DNA of 64,000 bases from Rhodocyclaceae bacterium (GTDB lineage: Bacteria; Pseudomonadota; Gammaproteobacteria; Burkholderiales; Rhodocyclaceae), in the NCBI GenBank assembly GCA_026415155.1, contig JAOAHQ010000031.1, positions 5,347 to 69,346 of the forward strand. The letters run 5' to 3'. The notes under the pieces are model-generated. The model saw only the letters and a program-made list of their open reading frames with translations. It was not told where the DNA came from and did not search any database. This document shows, piece after piece, positions 60,598-64,000 of this stretch. How positions within the stretch are numbered: the stretch's first letter is position 1; each line of letters begins with the position of its first letter. A program made the translations under genes and the position numbers.

Positions 60598-61505
60598 CCG
60601 CGCGGATGGTGCCGGGCGTGCAGCTCTTTCAAGCGCGCGCGCGCGACGTGGGTGTAGATCTGCGTCGTCGAGATGTCGGCATGGCCCAAGAGAAGCTGCA
60701 CGACGCGCAGATCGGCGCCGTGGTTGAGCAAATGCGTCGCGAAGGCATGGCGCAGCACATGCGGCGAAATCTTCTCGCGCGGGATGCCGCAGGCCGCCGC
60801 GTATTTCTTGATGAGCGTCCAGGCCATTTGGCGCGTGAGGCCCGCGTTGTTCTTTCGGCCAGTGACGAAGACGAAATCGGAAGTCTGGCCCTTAAGGAGC
60901 GCGGGCCGCCCCTCGGTGAGCCAGCGCGCAAGCCAGTCGGCCGCCACCTCCCCCAAGGGCATGAGCCGCTCCTTGCCGCCCTTGCCGAAGCTGCGCACGA
61001 CGCGCTCGTTGAGGCTTATGTGGAAGAGCTTGAGGCCGACGAGCTCCGAGACGCGCAAGCCCGTCGCATAGAGGACTTCGAGCAAGCAGCGATCGCGCAG
61101 ACCCCGCGGCGTCGTCACGTCGGGCGCGGCGAGCAGCGCTTCGACCTGCGCTTCAGAAAGCGTCTTCGGAAAGCGCTCGGCAACGATGGGCGGCTGGAGG
61201 TGGACAAGCGGATCGTCGTCTCGCCGCCCTTCCTCGATGAGCCAATGGTAGAAGCGGCGCAGGCTAGCCTGAAAGCGCCGCAACGTCGTGGGCTTCAGCT
61301 TGCGCCGCTGGGCATGCAGCGCGGCGAGCCAAGCGTCGATGTCCGCCTCCCGCGCCGCGGCGAGCGAGGTGCCGCGCTCGGCGAGCCAGGCGGCGAAGAG
61401 CGTCAGGTCGGAGCGATAGGCGGCAAGCGTGTTCTTCGCGAGGCCATCGGCAAGCCACAGGGCGTCGATGAACTCGTCGATGAGCTCAGAATCGGGCGCC
61501 TTCAT
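60594..61505 (-). CDS. xerD: Tyrosine recombinase XerD
   Basis: LYATGLRVSEL, GKGGKER, HVLRHAFATHL, LGHADISTTQIY. Confidence 0.95.
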   Translation of the reverse strand: MKAPDSELIDEFIDALWLADGLAKNTLAAYRSDLTLFAAWLAERGTSLAAAREADIDAWLAALHAQRRKLKPTTLRRFQASLRRFYHWLIEEGRRDDDPLVHLQPPIVAERFPKTLSEAQVEALLAAPDVTTPRGLRDRCLLEVLYATGLRVSELVGLKLFHISLNERVVRSFGKGGKERLMPLGEVAADWLARWLTEGRPALLKGQTSDFVFVTGRKNNAGLTRQMAWTLIKKYAAACGIPREKISPHVLRHAFATHLLNHGADLRVVQLLLGHADISTTQIYTHVARARLKELHARHHPRG

Positions 61506-61956
61506 GCGCGAGCAGCCAGCGCTTCACGTCGAGCAGGAAACCGCCGCGGCGATGAGCAAACCCGCCCAAGGCCCCCCCTGCCGCGACGACGCGATGGCAA
61601 GGAATCACGAGCGGATAGGGATTGGCGCCGCACGCTTGGCCCACGGCGCGCGCGCCGCTGCCGAGGACTTGAGCGAGCGCGCCATAGCTTTGCGTCTGAC
61701 CTGCGGGAATGGCGGCGATCGCTTGCCAGACCCGGCGCTGGAAAGGGGTTCCCGCCGGCGCGAGCGGCAGCGAGAATTTGAAGCGCGGATCGGCGAGATA
61801 GGCGGCGAGCTGCCGCACCGCTTCCCTCGCGGGGGCGCAAAGCGGCTTGAGTGCCGCGCTGGGCGGCAGATAGACGATCTCGCGGATCGATGCATCGTCG
61901 CATCGGACGCCGATCGCGAAAGTCGGCGCTGGCAGCACGGCACAGAAGTCGTTCAC
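61486..61956 (-). CDS. ogt: Methylated-DNA--protein-cysteine methyltransferase
   Basis: [24 protein letters not shown]; GTG start overlaps the proA stop. Confidence 0.92.
   Translation of the reverse strand: MNDFCAVLPAPTFAIGVRCDDASIREIVYLPPSAALKPLCAPAREAVRQLAAYLADPRFKFSLPLAPAGTPFQRRVWQAIAAIPAGQTQSYGALAQVLGSGARAVGQACGANPYPLVIPCHRVVAAGGALGGFAHRRGGFLLDVKRWLLAHEGARF
61919..61941 (-). repeat. Dispersed 23-bp motif copy
   Basis: Reverse complement GCCGTGCTGCCAGCGCCGACTTT inside ogt (AVLPAPTF). Confidence 0.85.
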
Positions 61957-63215
61957 GTGCGCACTTCGCCGTGGCCGAAGACGATCCACTTCTGTGAGGT
62001 GAGCCCTTCGAGGCCCACCGGGCCGCGCGCGTGGAACTTGTCGGTCGAGATGCCAATCTCGGCGCCCAAGCCATATTCAAAGCCATCGGCAAAACGCGTC
62101 GAGGCATTGACCATCACCGAGCTCGAATCGACCTCGCGCAGAAAGCGCATTGCGTTCGTGTAGTCCTCGGTGACGATCGCCTCGGTGTGCGCCGAAGAAT
62201 ACTTGTTGATGTGCGCGATCGCCTCGTCTACGTCGGAGACCACCTTGCAGGAGATGATCGCGGCGAGATACTCGGTGTAGTAGTCCTCTTCCGTCGCGGG
62301 CTTGGCCTGCGGCACGAGGGCGCAGGTCTCGGGGCAGCCGCGCATCTCGATGCCATGTGAAAGAAGCATCGCCGCAAGCCTAGGCAAAAGGCTAGCTGCA
62401 ACGGGCCGCGCGATGAGGAGGGATTCGGCGGTGTTGCAGGTGCCCAGCCGCTGGCATTTGGCGTTTTCGAGGATTTTCAGAGCCTTGGCCGGATCGGCCG
62501 AGACGTCGATATAGACGTGGCAGTTGCCATCCAGATGCTTGATCACCGGCACGCGCGCTTCCTTGCTGATGCGCTCGATGAGCCCCTTGCCGCCGCGCGG
62601 CACAATGACATCGACGTATTCCGGCATCGCCACGAGATGGCCGACGGCCGCGCGATCCGTCGTTTCGATGACCTGCACCGCCGTCTCCGGCAGCCCGGCG
62701 GCGGCAAGCCCCTTTCTGACGCTCTCGGCGATCGCCTGATTGGAGCGGAGGGCCTCCTTGCCGCCCCTCAAGATCGCGGCATTGCCGGCCTTGAGGCAAA
62801 GCGCCGCGGCATCCGCGGTGACGTTGGGCCGCGCTTCATAAATGATGCCGACCACGCCCAGCGGCACGCGCATTCGGCCCACCTGGATGCCCGAGGGGCG
62901 CAGTTTCATGTCCGTGATCTCGCCGACGGGGTCGGGCAGCGCCGCGACCTGCAGGAGCCCCTGCGCCATCGCCTCGACGCTTTTCGCCGTGATCGTCAGC
63001 CGGTCGAGGAGTGCAGCATCGAGCCCGTTGGCCTTCGCCTCGACGACATCCGCGGCATTCGCCGCCAGCAGTTCATCGCACCGCGTGCGCAAATCCGCCG
63101 CCATCGCGAGAAGTGCCGCATTCTTCGCCGCGGTCGTCGCCTTCGCCATCACGCGCGAAGCTTCGCGGGCCTGGCGGCCCAAACTTTCCATGTAGTCCTT
63201 GATGTCCATCTTCAT
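61953..63215 (-). CDS. proA: Gamma-glutamyl phosphate reductase
   Basis: [38 protein letters not shown]. Confidence 0.96.
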   Translation of the reverse strand: MKMDIKDYMESLGRQAREASRVMAKATTAAKNAALLAMAADLRTRCDELLAANAADVVEAKANGLDAALLDRLTITAKSVEAMAQGLLQVAALPDPVGEITDMKLRPSGIQVGRMRVPLGVVGIIYEARPNVTADAAALCLKAGNAAILRGGKEALRSNQAIAESVRKGLAAAGLPETAVQVIETTDRAAVGHLVAMPEYVDVIVPRGGKGLIERISKEARVPVIKHLDGNCHVYIDVSADPAKALKILENAKCQRLGTCNTAESLLIARPVAASLLPRLAAMLLSHGIEMRGCPETCALVPQAKPATEEDYYTEYLAAIISCKVVSDVDEAIAHINKYSSAHTEAIVTEDYTNAMRFLREVDSSSVMVNASTRFADGFEYGLGAEIGISTDKFHARGPVGLEGLTSQKWIVFGHGEVRT

Positions 63216-64000
63216 GCTCTCGAAAGTCGCAACGCCAGTTGCAGGAATTCGTCCCACAGGTCGCCCTGGGCCACACCCTTGACGATCCGGTCGATCTTCG
63301 CCGCATGCAAGAGCGCGGCTCGGTTGAGCCGGCTCCTCGCTTCGTTCGCCAGCACCCAAAGCACCAAGGGCGGTGCGGCCTCCTCGGCCTTCAAGCCTTC
63401 GAGCGTACGCGCCGCGCGCGCGGCATCCCGCGCGCCAAGCGCCGCCTTCAAATCGTCGATGTCATAGCGCGCGACATTGAGCACAGCCGCCGAGACCTGC
63501 TGCAGCGTGAGCATGCCGGGGGGATAGAGCAAGCCCAGCTTCTGGATCTCCTGGTGCGCCGCAAGGAGATTGCCTTCAACCTTGAGCGCGATGAATTCGA
63601 GCGCTTCCGGCGGTGCCGATTGCCCCTGGGCGGCGAGCCGCTTGGCGATCCACTGCGGCAATTGCGCCAGCGGCGGCGCATTGCATTCGATGGCGATGCC
63701 TGCCTCGACGAGCGCGGTGAACCAGGCCGCTTTCCTGGCGCGCCAGTCCATCTCGGGCAACGTGACGAGCGTCATGGTCTCGGCGGGCAGCTCGCGCGCA
63801 TAGCGCTGCAGGGCCTCACCCCCGTCGCGGCCGGGCTTGCCGCTCGGAATGCGCAGATCGACGAGGGTGCGGCCGCCGAAGAGCGAGAGGTTGCCGGCGG
63901 CGTGAAAGAGTTCCTCCCACTTGAAACTTGGCGAGACGACGAGCACCTTGCGTTCCTCGAACCCCTGCCGGCGCGCCGCGGCGCGCAAGGCATCGCCGGT
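63212..64000 (-). CDS. holA: DNA polymerase III delta subunit (N-terminus outside window)
   Basis: [30 protein letters not shown]. Confidence 0.9.
   Translation of the reverse strand, partial: TGDALRAAARRQGFEERKVLVVSPSFKWEELFHAAGNLSLFGGRTLVDLRIPSGKPGRDGGEALQRYARELPAETMTLVTLPEMDWRARKAAWFTALVEAGIAIECNAPPLAQLPQWIAKRLAAQGQSAPPEALEFIALKVEGNLLAAHQEIQKLGLLYPPGMLTLQQVSAAVLNVARYDIDDLKAALGARDAARAARTLEGLKAEEAAPPLVLWVLANEARSRLNRAALLHAAKIDRIVKGVAQGDLWDEFLQLALRLSRA

Noticed and set aside
60594-61505. Tyrosine recombinase as a sign of a mobile element
   Set aside because: Sequence and housekeeping context match chromosomal XerD

Overview
High-GC betaproteobacterial chromosomal window. Gene order and proteins look Rhodocyclales/Sterolibacteriaceae-like (inference; no rRNA in the window). 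Most of it is core genome: pilT/pilU, yggS-proC-yggT-yggU-apaH, olsBA, lolB-ispE-tRNA-Gln-prs-rplY-pth-ychF, mutM, coaD/rsmD, ftsY/E/X, rpoH with a perfect CIRCE, aroQ-accBC-prmA, phoH-ybeY-corC-lnt, glyQS-gmhB-plsC, rpsU-dnaG-rpoD-tRNA(CAT), tsaD/plsY/folB and holA-proA-ogt-xerD. Accessory content: an MNT-HEPN pair inside ftsYEX, a protease-less Lon-type AAA+ ATPase, an autotransporter/secreted-protein/two-component block, and a cyclase-hemerythrin fusion. A bTHX ribosomal protein gene missing from the ORF track is also present. The strongest unexplained signal is a dispersed, non-palindromic 23-bp motif (consensus GCCGTCYYGCCAGCGCCGACTTT). I found about 22 copies by eye on both strands, in intergenic DNA and inside genes in five different reading frames. 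It behaves like a DNA uptake sequence and I do not recognise it as a described one. Counts are manual and start codons were chosen by eye.
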